Shown here piece by piece: positions 47,506 through 57,807 of a stretch of DNA of 64,000 nucleotides. Source of the stretch: Oligoflexia bacterium (GTDB lineage Bacteria > Bdellovibrionota_C > UBA2361 > JBGSMV01). Below the pieces are notes generated by a model, which was not told the DNA's origin, ran no database searches, and worked only from the letters and a program-made list of their open reading frames with translations. Location of the stretch: assembly GCA_019694515.1 (NCBI GenBank), contig JAIBBU010000014.1, positions 2,286 through 66,285 of the forward strand, in the 5' to 3' direction. A program made the translations under genes and the position numbers. Within the stretch, counting starts at the first letter, position 1. Each line of letters begins with the position of its first letter.

Positions 47506-47660
47506 TTCGCTTCGCTCGCAATGACAGATTGGGTGGAATGGCGAAGTATCTGCTGTTCCGTGCGGCTCTGTCGTTGCGCTGTCGTTCATGTAGCTGATGC
47601 ATCCGTTGAGGCTGGAGCATCTGCTGTGACTCGCGGCTCTGTCATTGCGAGCGAAGCGAA
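47506..47660. repeat. Inverted pair of the GTCATTGCGAGCGAAGCGAA motif enclosing degenerate 71-nt direct repeats
   Basis: The 23-nt perfect inverted arms are TTCGCTTCGCTCGCAATGACAGA (47506-47528) and TCTGTCATTGCGAGCGAAGCGAA (47638-47660). Inside, ATCTGCTGT-N5-GCGGCTCTGTC(G/A)TTGCG occurs at 47548-47578 and 47619-47649 (25/31 identical). Confidence 0.7.
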
Positions 47661-47986
47661 GCAACCCCTACCGCTAGGTCGAACTAGGCGTCGGCTCTAG
47701 GAAATTTGGAAAAACTTTCTCCAAGCCCTAAAGCTGCACTTGTTGCCCAGGAACCTCGTCCAGCTTCTTCTATACAGCGTGAATTACGGCGTAGAGGTAG
47801 GGTACCGCACAACACCGAGAATTTTGGGTCAGAGATCTGTAGCGTCCACACTTGCAGGCCTGGATGAACGTTTTGATCGCCCGCCTCTTAAACAAAATAA
47901 CACAGTAAATACAGACGCTTCCCAGACCCTACGGGTGTCCCAAATTACCGGTAAAGCGCCGCACTCCACCCTCCGATAACGTAAGT

Positions 47987-48253
47987 ATGGGGTTTTGTTT
48001 AGCTCGTTCGGGAAAACAGCGCTGTCGGCTTCAAAAAGGCGCGTCCTTGGTAGAGTATGCGCTCTTAATCGCGCTGCTGGCCGTGGTGTGCATCCCGGTT
48101 GTGTCGTATCTGGGTCAAAACACCAACGACACCTTGAATGAAACCAGTAACGGCTTGAGCGGCAGCGGTTCGGGTCCTGACGATCCGCCCCCGGGAACTC
48201 CTACGCCCGAAGGTTCATGCAGCGACTGCTGTGTTGCTGGCTGCAGCCTCTAA
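47987..48253 (+). CDS. flp: Flp/Fap-family type IVb (Tad) pilin with a Gly/Ser/Pro linker and a Cys-rich C-terminal tail
   Basis: The Flp motif QKG/ASLVEYALLIALLAVV (G/xxxxEY processing-site pattern) follows a basic leader. The 88 aa end with GSCSDCCVAGCSL. Confidence 0.7.
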   Translation: MGFCLARSGKQRCRLQKGASLVEYALLIALLAVVCIPVVSYLGQNTNDTLNETSNGLSGSGSGPDDPPPGTPTPEGSCSDCCVAGCSL

Positions 48254-48255
48254 AG

Positions 48256-48369
48256 CTACTTCTTGTTCTGCTTTCTAAGGAACTTCTTGAATTTCTTCTG
48301 TCGATTTTTCAGTTTTTTCGCGTCTCTTAGTTTGCGCCGAGTCTGAGTCTTCTTTGTCGGGGAAGCCAT
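48256..48369 (-). CDS. 37-aa highly basic small ORF immediately downstream of gyrB
   Basis: My hand translation gives MASPTKKTQTRRKLRDAKKLKNRQKKFKKFLRKQNKK*. ATG 48369 lies 10 nt after the gyrB stop, and the RBS GAGGTG overlaps that stop (TAGAGGTGCAATATG). The ORF is below the 60-aa cutoff of the track. Confidence 0.4.
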   Translation of the reverse strand: MASPTKKTQTRRKLRDAKKLKNRQKKFKKFLRKQNKK

Positions 48370-48378
48370 ATTGCACCT

Positions 48379-50841
<2,463 letters not shown>

Positions 50842-50988
50842 TCAAAACTTACAAAGAGATAGCGCGGCCGACCTAGCGAGACGGTCTGGCCAGCGGGTCA
50901 AGTCCTTACAAAGGATCGCGCCATTATAAGCAGAACGGCCCATTACGTAAAGCGTTAAACTGCTATTTTCTTCTTTAATTTCGGGAAT

Positions 50989-52086
50989 TTAGATCGGTTT
51001 TACATGTCCCGATTCGACGCTAAACAAGGCGCATCGCTGTGCCCCAAAAATCTCCAGTAAGCGTGGCTCCGTGGCTGTAATTAAGACCTGTGACTGCCGT
51101 TCTGCGATCAGACTAAAGAGTGCCGCGCTACGCGCGGCATCAAGCTCTGAGTCGACGTCATCTAGTAAGATCACGGGCGTTTCACCCGCTGCATTTTCAA
51201 GCAGCTCAATTACCGCAAGCTTCAGCGCCATCACTACACTGCGGGTTTGACCTTGCGATGCAAAAACGCGCGCGTCCTTGCCTCCGATGCTGATCTGCAT
51301 GTCGTCGCGATGCGGTCCTACCGCACACGACCCGCGCTCAACTTCCCGCGAGAACTCCAGCTCCAGCACCCGCAAAATATGTTCTTTTTCAGCTGCGGTC
51401 CCGGCTTCGGCAAAGGCGCTCTTGTAGTTCAACTGTAGTTCGCCGTCTGCGGCCGCAAAGGCGCTATGAATACGGGCAGCGCGGGCGCCTAGCGCTCTGA
51501 CGAACTCCTGACGAGCGTTGACTATGCGCACAGCATGCTCGGCGATAATTTCATTCCAGGGCATGATGCTCTCCCGGCCGGCATTGCCCCGCGAGAGTAG
51601 TGCGTTTTTGCTCTTAACGGCCCGTCCATAAGCGGCATAATCTATAATCATCCCGGGACGGAGCTCTGAGATGTGCCGATCGAGCAGGCGCCGGCGTTCA
51701 AACGGAGCCCCCTTGACGATTTCTAGATCGGATGGAGAAAACGCTACAGTCAAAAGCTTACCGGCATAGTCTGCAAGTGTTTTAACCGGTTCCCCGTTGA
51801 TGTATCCGGTCTTCTTGCCGCGCTCAATCACGATCCCCAGATCCAAATCTGTTTGATGATGCGAAATTGAAGCGAATGCCGAACCGGAGCGCGATCCCGA
51901 CAACACCAGATCGGCTAAGCGCGCGGTTCTAAAAGATCGGCCTGAGGATACAAAAGAGATCGCTTCGACCAAGTTCGTCTTCCCTTGGCCGTTACTACCG
52001 GTGAGAAGATTAACGCCGCCGGAAAAGCTTACGCTCTCTTCGATGAAATTTCGGAAATGAAAAAGCTTGAGTGAATTAATCTGCAC
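50989..52086 (-). CDS. recF: DNA replication/repair protein RecF
   Basis: GTG start. Walker A is GSNGQGKTNLVEAI; also SQGQTRSVVMALKLA and ILLDDVDSELD. It sits in the dnaA-dnaN-recF-gyrB context. Confidence 0.93.
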   Translation of the reverse strand: MQINSLKLFHFRNFIEESVSFSGGVNLLTGSNGQGKTNLVEAISFVSSGRSFRTARLADLVLSGSRSGSAFASISHHQTDLDLGIVIERGKKTGYINGEPVKTLADYAGKLLTVAFSPSDLEIVKGAPFERRRLLDRHISELRPGMIIDYAAYGRAVKSKNALLSRGNAGRESIMPWNEIIAEHAVRIVNARQEFVRALGARAARIHSAFAAADGELQLNYKSAFAEAGTAAEKEHILRVLELEFSREVERGSCAVGPHRDDMQISIGGKDARVFASQGQTRSVVMALKLAVIELLENAAGETPVILLDDVDSELDAARSAALFSLIAERQSQVLITATEPRLLEIFGAQRCALFSVESGHVKPI

Positions 52087-52092
52087 CCAGAG

Positions 52093-53223
52093 TTAAGTGA
52101 GCCTCATCGGCATCACAACCCCAATATAAGACTCGTCGCCTTCAGCATAAAACTTGGCCGCCCCCAGCTCTCCGGTCAGCGCCATTACCAATGTCTGCGA
52201 TTCGTCCAATGACTGCGCCATCTCGAGGAGGTAGCGCGCGTTAAAGCCGACGCTGAGATCCGGACCGTCATACTTCACATCGAGCGATTCACGGGCTTCC
52301 CCTAACTCCGGCGATGAACTCGAAATTTTCAATCCGCTCTTGCTGAAGTCCAGCCGAACGCCCTTCGCCTTGTCGGTGACCATCAGAGCTACGCGTCTTA
52401 GCGCCTGCGCTAGTTCGCTCGATTGAGTAACGGCCAATGTCCCGGCTTTGGCGGGCAGAACCTGATTATAGTCCGGAAACTCTCCGTCAATTAAGCGCAT
52501 TGAAATCTTTGCGTCCTCTGTCTCTATCAGCAGGAAACCGTCCTTTACGTCCATACCAACCGGCCGGTCGGTCGCGGTGTCGATTACCTTTCTAATTTCG
52601 GCCAGGCCCTTTTTTGGAACAATGATACGTTCAGCAAAGGAAAGATTCTCCACTGGTCTGGTGATCATGGCTAAGCGATGACCATCGGTCGCCACCATTC
52701 TCAAGTTGGAGCCCTTCTTCTTCGCTGCGCCATCCTGCGCCAACTCAAAACATACCCCGTTCAAATTAAAACGGGTTTCATCTTGAGAAACTGCATATAG
52801 AGTCTTGTTGATCATTTCATGCAGCTGCTTAGCCTCCACCCTTCCTGTGACCTCGGCAGCTATGCCCGGCAAGCTCGGATATTCTTCTGCGCTCACACCC
52901 ACCATTTTGAACTTGGAATTTTTCGCGCTAATTTCGAGACGTTCTCCCTCGGTCAACTTCAGCTTAACTTCGCCATCCGGAAGTTCCCGTACGATGTCGG
53001 TAAAAACGCGTGCGTTGACCGTGGTGCTCCCCGTTGAGTGCACGTTGGCCTTGACCCTTAACAGCATCGTAATCTCGTAATCGGTCGAAGCAATGCGCAG
53101 CTGTTTGTCGGTTGCGGAGATTAAAACATTGGAGAGGATCGGCATCGTCGTCTTTTTCTCGACGACGCTCTGCGTTGCTGACAAAGCTTTGCTCAAATCT
53201 TGCTTGGTGACGGTTAGTTCCAT
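52093..53223 (-). CDS. dnaN: DNA polymerase III beta sliding clamp
   Basis: 376 aa. The pattern is typical of DnaN (ILSNVLISA..., RLIDGEFPDY, PMRL C-terminus). AAGAGGT RBS precedes the ATG. Confidence 0.95.
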   Translation of the reverse strand: MELTVTKQDLSKALSATQSVVEKKTTMPILSNVLISATDKQLRIASTDYEITMLLRVKANVHSTGSTTVNARVFTDIVRELPDGEVKLKLTEGERLEISAKNSKFKMVGVSAEEYPSLPGIAAEVTGRVEAKQLHEMINKTLYAVSQDETRFNLNGVCFELAQDGAAKKKGSNLRMVATDGHRLAMITRPVENLSFAERIIVPKKGLAEIRKVIDTATDRPVGMDVKDGFLLIETEDAKISMRLIDGEFPDYNQVLPAKAGTLAVTQSSELAQALRRVALMVTDKAKGVRLDFSKSGLKISSSSPELGEARESLDVKYDGPDLSVGFNARYLLEMAQSLDESQTLVMALTGELGAAKFYAEGDESYIGVVMPMRLT

Positions 53224-53611
53224 ACCTCTTACAACTCCAAAAAATTCCGGCCAATAATACTACATGAATATATAAAATCTTTTAGTATTAGTTATAGGCA
53301 GCGACGTTTCTGTAGAAAAATCTTTTAACCTCTTGAAATACCATCCGCAAATCGGTTTCCAAGTTGTGGCATAAAAGTTGGGAACCATGCGGGTTACCAA
53401 CAGGACTTTTGTTAAAACTGAAGAACATTCGAATAGTCCAGAATCAATCGATAGGATATTAACAGGTTATACCGGAAAAACTGCTGTAATAAGAAGACCT
53501 TAGGCCGGGTCTTAACATTCCTTAAAACCAGCCTCGGAGCCAATCAACTTAGGGCCAAATCGCCGCAATTTCTTCGTCCGGCCACTCGCCTAAATCGTCA
53601 TGCGCGCGGCG
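53224..53611. other. dnaA-dnaN intergenic region with an AT-rich tract (candidate oriC part / DNA unwinding element)
   Basis: This 388-bp gap contains the markedly AT-rich stretch AATAATACTACATGAATATATAAAATCTTTTAGTATTAGTTATAGG (about 53250-53300). I found only poor DnaA-box matches here (e.g. TGTGGCATA at 53366). Confidence 0.35.
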
Positions 53612-55078
53612 TTAATTGCCGAGCAACCGCTTCTCAATATCATTCACTAAACCACGAATTGAAGGATCCCCCTCAATTTTTGACGCCACCACGTTCGCTG
53701 CGTGGATCACGCTGGAATGATCTCTTCCACCAAAATGTCCCCCGATTTCAGGATAGGAACAGGTGGTGTGTTTGCGACAAAGATACATTCCAATATGACG
53801 GGGAAACGAGAGATTCTTAGTTCTTCGCTTTGAAATCATCTCAGAAACCTTAATATTAAAGAACTCCGCAACAGTTCGCTTAATATCCGATACCGACACT
53901 CTAATGGTCTTAGGCTGCAGCAACGGCTTTAAAGCCGCGCTGGCCATTTCCAGGGTCACCTTATGACCTTGCAGGCTGGTTGAAGCGTGGAGCCGCGTAA
54001 GGGCACCTTCCAACTCGCGTATGTTCGAGGAAAACTTCTCAGCGATAAAGGTCGCAACGTCACCCGGCAGCTGCACGCCGTCAAGCAAGGCCTTGCGATT
54101 CAAAATCGCAACTCTAGTTTCAAAATCCGGCGCCTGCAGATCGGCAGTCAGGCCCCATGAGAACCGCGTTTGAAGGCGCTCCTCAATCCCCGGAATCTCC
54201 TGCGGGATCTTGTCGGAGGTGATCACAATCTGGTGCTTGGCCCCGTAAAGCGCATTGAAGGTGTGGAAGAATTCCTCCTGCGTGCGCTCTTTGCCACACA
54301 TGAATTGGATATCGTCGATCAACAACACCTCAATGTTTCTGAGGCGGTTCTTAAGCTCATCCATCTTGGCCAAGCGCAGAGATTGAATCAGCTCGTTGGT
54401 AAATGTCTCAGACGACATATAGAGCACCTTAGCTTCAGGCTTGCGGCTGAGTACGGCATTACCGATGGCGTGCAGCAAATGAGTCTTTCCGAGCCCTACG
54501 CCACCGTAAATAAAGAGCGGATTGTAGCTCTGGCCCGGGCTCTCGCTGACCCGTAGGGCGGCCGCGTGACAGAACTGGTTGTTGTTTCCGACGACAAAGC
54601 TGGAGAAGGTGTATTTGGGGTTAATGTTGTGTTCGGACGGAGTCTTTAGCGGCTCTTTGGTATTAATTTCAGAGACTGACGCTTTGCCCTTTCGAACGAT
54701 GATGTACGGCGCTGGGTTGGCAGCGGCATTTGCGGCGGACGGATCAACCGACACCCGCACCACTATTTCATTTAGCTCGAGCATCCTGGACAGAATCAGT
54801 GCGATATTGTCCTTGAAGCTTTCATTAATCCGCGTTGCGATCAGCTTCGATGGTGCGATCAATGACAGCTCGCCTTTTTCCAGATCAAACATATCAAGTT
54901 TGATCGGCTTAACGAACGCCGCAAAAATCTGAGGATCGACGCTTTGTTCTATTTGAGAGAGCACCCTGGCCCAAAGATCGTCGGCGATTGCCGGGGCTAA
55001 CAGGCTATTCGATGGCTTTAATTCCGCCTCGACGCTCTCGGGTTGATAATTTTCTGCGCTCAACTTCAAACTCGACAA
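53612..55078 (-). CDS. dnaA: Chromosomal replication initiator protein DnaA
   Basis: AAA+ Walker A is GGVGLGKTHLL, with LLIDDIQF. The C-terminal DnaA signature is RHIGMYLCRKHT...IGGHFGGRDHSSVIHA. The annotated start is TTG 55078, which gives a ~30-aa N-terminal extension. Confidence 0.95.
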   Translation of the reverse strand: MSSLKLSAENYQPESVEAELKPSNSLLAPAIADDLWARVLSQIEQSVDPQIFAAFVKPIKLDMFDLEKGELSLIAPSKLIATRINESFKDNIALILSRMLELNEIVVRVSVDPSAANAAANPAPYIIVRKGKASVSEINTKEPLKTPSEHNINPKYTFSSFVVGNNNQFCHAAALRVSESPGQSYNPLFIYGGVGLGKTHLLHAIGNAVLSRKPEAKVLYMSSETFTNELIQSLRLAKMDELKNRLRNIEVLLIDDIQFMCGKERTQEEFFHTFNALYGAKHQIVITSDKIPQEIPGIEERLQTRFSWGLTADLQAPDFETRVAILNRKALLDGVQLPGDVATFIAEKFSSNIRELEGALTRLHASTSLQGHKVTLEMASAALKPLLQPKTIRVSVSDIKRTVAEFFNIKVSEMISKRRTKNLSFPRHIGMYLCRKHTTCSYPEIGGHFGGRDHSSVIHAANVVASKIEGDPSIRGLVNDIEKRLLGN

Positions 55079-55634
55079 TGTTACTAACGGGGCAGTTACT
55101 AACGGCGTACAACATTCCGAACCAGATCAACCGCAAACAACAGAACCATCGCGAGCGTTACCGCTGACGAAGGAACAACTTAGCCCAACGAATTTTTGAC
55201 AATCAACAAAATCGGAGAAAAATTTCGAAAGCGCATTCCCAGCAAATAAAATCGCACGTTTTGTGAGCATCAATTTTTCTTAGTACAAAATGCTTAAAGC
55301 TGCGATGAACACTTAAGCGTGATAGGAATTTTAGTAGTGTGAAAAGGCTAGGCATTTTGCGTTAGAATTGTTCACAATTTGAGTATGACGACAAGCATGC
55401 CGTGTGTTTTCCGGAAAAAGCGCGATTGCCACGGCGCGGTCTAGATCAAAGCGCGGCGCGAATGGAGCTTATGCAAACTCTCGCCAGCTTTTCCACTTTC
55501 TTTCCACAGCAAAGAATGATGAGTTTCAATTGATTAGCGTACTTTTGCCAAAGTGGTTGAAATTTAGTCCACGGCAGCCCCAACCCTTAGCGCAAAGCCG
55601 CTAAGGGGCTATTAAATTTGCATTTTTTCCTCGT
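55079..55634. promoter_or_regulatory. dnaA upstream region with DnaA-box-like 9-mers (candidate oriC / dnaA autoregulation region)
   Basis: One-mismatch matches to TTWTNCACA are: TGTGAAAAG (55338-55346, reverse), TTGTTCACA (55368-55376), TTTTCCACT (55489-55497) and CTTTCCACA (55500-55508). The last two are direct and 11 nt apart. AT-rich stretches lie at 55190-55300. Confidence 0.4.
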
Positions 55635-56369
55635 TTGTTGAATAACATAGCTGCTATGTCGGGATTTACATATCTGACCCCAGTCATTCCGGATCCAAAC
55701 TGGCAAAAGTTTGTGGTTGGGGCCGCGCTTTGCGGAGTCTTGGTGCTTACGGGAAAATTGCTGACGGTGCGTCTGGCCACGGACAAAGGCTTTGAAGGCG
55801 CCGTTATTCCTGACAAAAAGCTCACACCATTCGGGTTTTTCGATTTCTTCATCGAAGCATTTTTGGCGCATCACGACAGCGTTTTAGGAAAAGAGAATCG
55901 TAAGTATGTGCCGTTAACCGGCTCACTCTTCATCTTTATCCTGTTTGCAAACCTGCTCGGACTTGTTCCTGGGATGCCCGCGATTACCACGACCGTGTGG
56001 ATTAATGTGGGCATGGCGCTCTTGGTCTTCATCTATTTCAACTACCTTGGGATCAAAGAGCAGGGCTTGATCAATTACCTCAAGCACTTCTGTGGCCCGG
56101 TTTGGTGGCTGGCTTTCTTGATTCTTCCGATCGAGCTTTTGAGTACCTGCCTCCGAATATTGACTTTAAACCTTAGGTTATATTGGAATATTTCGGCCGA
56201 TCATATGGTGCTCGAAGCCTTCACCGGGATGATTGGTATTGGCGCGGTTCCCTTTTACGTAATGGGAACCTTCGTCAGCTTCATGCAGGCGTTCATTTTT
56301 ACAACTTTAACCATGGTGTATATCCTTCTGGCGACTCAGCATGAGGAGCATGAAGAGGGAGAGCACTGA
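55635..56369 (+). CDS. atpB: F0F1 ATP synthase subunit a
   Basis: Polytopic. The LRILTLNLRLYWNISADHMV region carries the essential Arg (LRL) pattern. The start is TTG 55635, or ATG 55656. Confidence 0.9.
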   Translation: MLNNIAAMSGFTYLTPVIPDPNWQKFVVGAALCGVLVLTGKLLTVRLATDKGFEGAVIPDKKLTPFGFFDFFIEAFLAHHDSVLGKENRKYVPLTGSLFIFILFANLLGLVPGMPAITTTVWINVGMALLVFIYFNYLGIKEQGLINYLKHFCGPVWWLAFLILPIELLSTCLRILTLNLRLYWNISADHMVLEAFTGMIGIGAVPFYVMGTFVSFMQAFIFTTLTMVYILLATQHEEHEEGEH

Positions 56370-56385
56370 TTTTAAGGGATCGACG

Positions 56386-56697
56386 ATGAGAAAATACTCG
56401 AGTCTTGTTCTGGCTATGATTGGCGCAATGCTGGTTCCGGCGATGGCTTTCGCCGAAGAAGGCAATCTTGCGTCTAAAGGATTGGTAGCGATTGGCGCCG
56501 GCTTGGGCATCGGTCTGGCGGCGTTGGGCGGCGGATTGGGTCAGGCCAGAGTTATCAGCTCCACCCTGGATTCTATCGGGCGCAATCCCGGCTCGGCTGG
56601 CAAAATGGGACTTTGGTTCTTCGTGGGTCTTGCGCTAATCGAATCGCTGGTGATCTTGGCGTTCGTGATCGCGATCGGTCTTTCCAATAAGATGTAA
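56386..56697 (+). CDS. atpE: F0F1 ATP synthase subunit c with an N-terminal hydrophobic extension
   Basis: ATG at 56386 (the track ORF is trimmed because it would overlap atpB). The hairpin motif is GAGLGIGLAALGGGLGQ...GRNPG...ALIESLVILAFVIA, with the carboxylate Glu. Confidence 0.9.
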   Translation: MRKYSSLVLAMIGAMLVPAMAFAEEGNLASKGLVAIGAGLGIGLAALGGGLGQARVISSTLDSIGRNPGSAGKMGLWFFVGLALIESLVILAFVIAIGLSNKM

Positions 56698-56716
56698 TAA
56701 GTCGCTGACTTATTAT

Positions 56717-56744
56717 GCCCACGCCGTTTAACACCGGCGTGGGC
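56717..56744. terminator. GC-rich hairpin between the convergent atpE and trxB (bidirectional terminator candidate)
   Basis: The 10-bp stem is GCCCACGCCG (56717-56726) / CGGCGTGGGC (56735-56744), with an 8-nt loop. A 9-bp AT-rich hairpin, TAATAAGTC/GACTTATTA (56695-56715), precedes it. Confidence 0.5.
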
Positions 56745-56770
56745 CGAACTCTCCTTCCGGCTCTTGTCCC

Positions 56771-57712
56771 TCAAGCATGTTGGCTTTCCAGCCAACGCTC
56801 TGCTTCAATTGCCGCCATACATCCTGTGCCTGCCGCTGTGATTGCCTGTCTAAACACGTGATCTTGAACATCTCCGCAGGCAAATACACCGGCAATATTG
56901 GTCAGGGTGGAGTTAGGTTTCGGAACGATATAGCCGTTCTCGTCCATATCGAGAACGCCCTTGAACAGCTGGCTTGAAGGGGTATGGCCAATGGCGATGA
57001 ACAAACCATCTGTTTGCACCTCCTCGGTTTTACCGGAAACGGTGTCTTTAAGTGTGACCCCGGTAACACCGCTTTTCTTATCGCCGTGAATTTTGGCGAC
57101 TGCGCGGTTCCAAAGTGGCTTAATCTTTGGATGTTCAACCACCCGTTGGCGCATAATTTTGGACGCCCTGAGTTCATCCCGACGGTGAACCAGCAGAACT
57201 TGGCTACCAAACCGGGTTAAGAAAAGAGCCTCCTCCGCAGCGGAATCTCCGCCCCCAACCACCATGATGGTCTTGTTCCTGAAGAAGGCGCCGTCACAGG
57301 TGGCGCAGGTAGAGAGGCCGTAACCTAGCAGCTCGCGCTCCTCAGGCAGTCCGAGATACTTCGGCACTGCTCCTGTCGCGATAATCAAGGCATCGCAGGT
57401 ATAGAGCTGTTTATCTGAGGAGAGTTTAAAGGGGCGCGTATTAAGATCGACCTTGTTAATCGTATCGACCATGATCTTTGCTCCGAAGCGCGCCGCCTGC
57501 TTTTCAAAGAGCTGCATCAAATCGGGCCCCATTACGCCCTCCGGGAAGCCCGGAAAGTTCTCCACCTCAGTGGTGGTCGTTAATTGCCCACCCGGCAAGG
57601 GGCCATGCACGAGAACCGGGTTTAAATTCGCCCGTGAGGTATAAATAGCGGCGGTAAGCCCGGCCGGACCAGAACCTAAAATCAAAATCTTGCTATGCTG
57701 CGAACCATTCAT
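56771..57712 (-). CDS. trxB: Thioredoxin-disulfide reductase
   Basis: GSGPAGLTAAIY (FAD), the redox-active CATCDG, and GGGDSAAEEALFL (NADPH). 313 aa. Confidence 0.95.
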   Translation of the reverse strand: MNGSQHSKILILGSGPAGLTAAIYTSRANLNPVLVHGPLPGGQLTTTTEVENFPGFPEGVMGPDLMQLFEKQAARFGAKIMVDTINKVDLNTRPFKLSSDKQLYTCDALIIATGAVPKYLGLPEERELLGYGLSTCATCDGAFFRNKTIMVVGGGDSAAEEALFLTRFGSQVLLVHRRDELRASKIMRQRVVEHPKIKPLWNRAVAKIHGDKKSGVTGVTLKDTVSGKTEEVQTDGLFIAIGHTPSSQLFKGVLDMDENGYIVPKPNSTLTNIAGVFACGDVQDHVFRQAITAAGTGCMAAIEAERWLESQHA

Positions 57713-57807
57713 TGAAAACTCACCTATTGCTTCGTAGACTCATTAATTATACCCCGCTTTTCCGTTAACTGGCCATCGGGCGCTAACAAATCAGCAAGGA
57801 GTTATTC

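Noticed and set aside
47506-47660. Possible CRISPR array
   Set aside because: There are only two degenerate direct repeat units (25/31 identity), plus inverted arms. There is no regular repeat-spacer periodicity and no cas genes in the window.
47431-47700. Overlapping ORFs 47431..47664(-) and 47470..47700(+)
   Set aside because: Both are translations of the inverted-repeat element (peptides LRFARND/HCERSE and FASLAMT/VIASEAKQ). Such ORFs are typical artefacts of this repeat type.
47740-47979. 79-aa plus-strand ORF just upstream of flp
   Set aside because: It starts with TTG, has no RBS, has an odd composition and shows no motif. It is more likely the untranslated leader or promoter region of flp. 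This remains uncertain.
52805-53254. Several 70-96-aa ORFs overlapping dnaN
   Set aside because: These are shadow frames of the well-supported dnaN CDS.
55404-55874. ORFs 55404..55604(+), 55587..55874(-) and 55601..55852(-)
   Set aside because: They lie in the dnaA upstream/oriC-like region or antisense to atpB, and show no coding signals.
56341-56385. Longer start for atpE (track ORF from 56341)
   Set aside because: It would overlap the atpB 3' end. ATG 56386 gives a c subunit with a plausible N-terminus.
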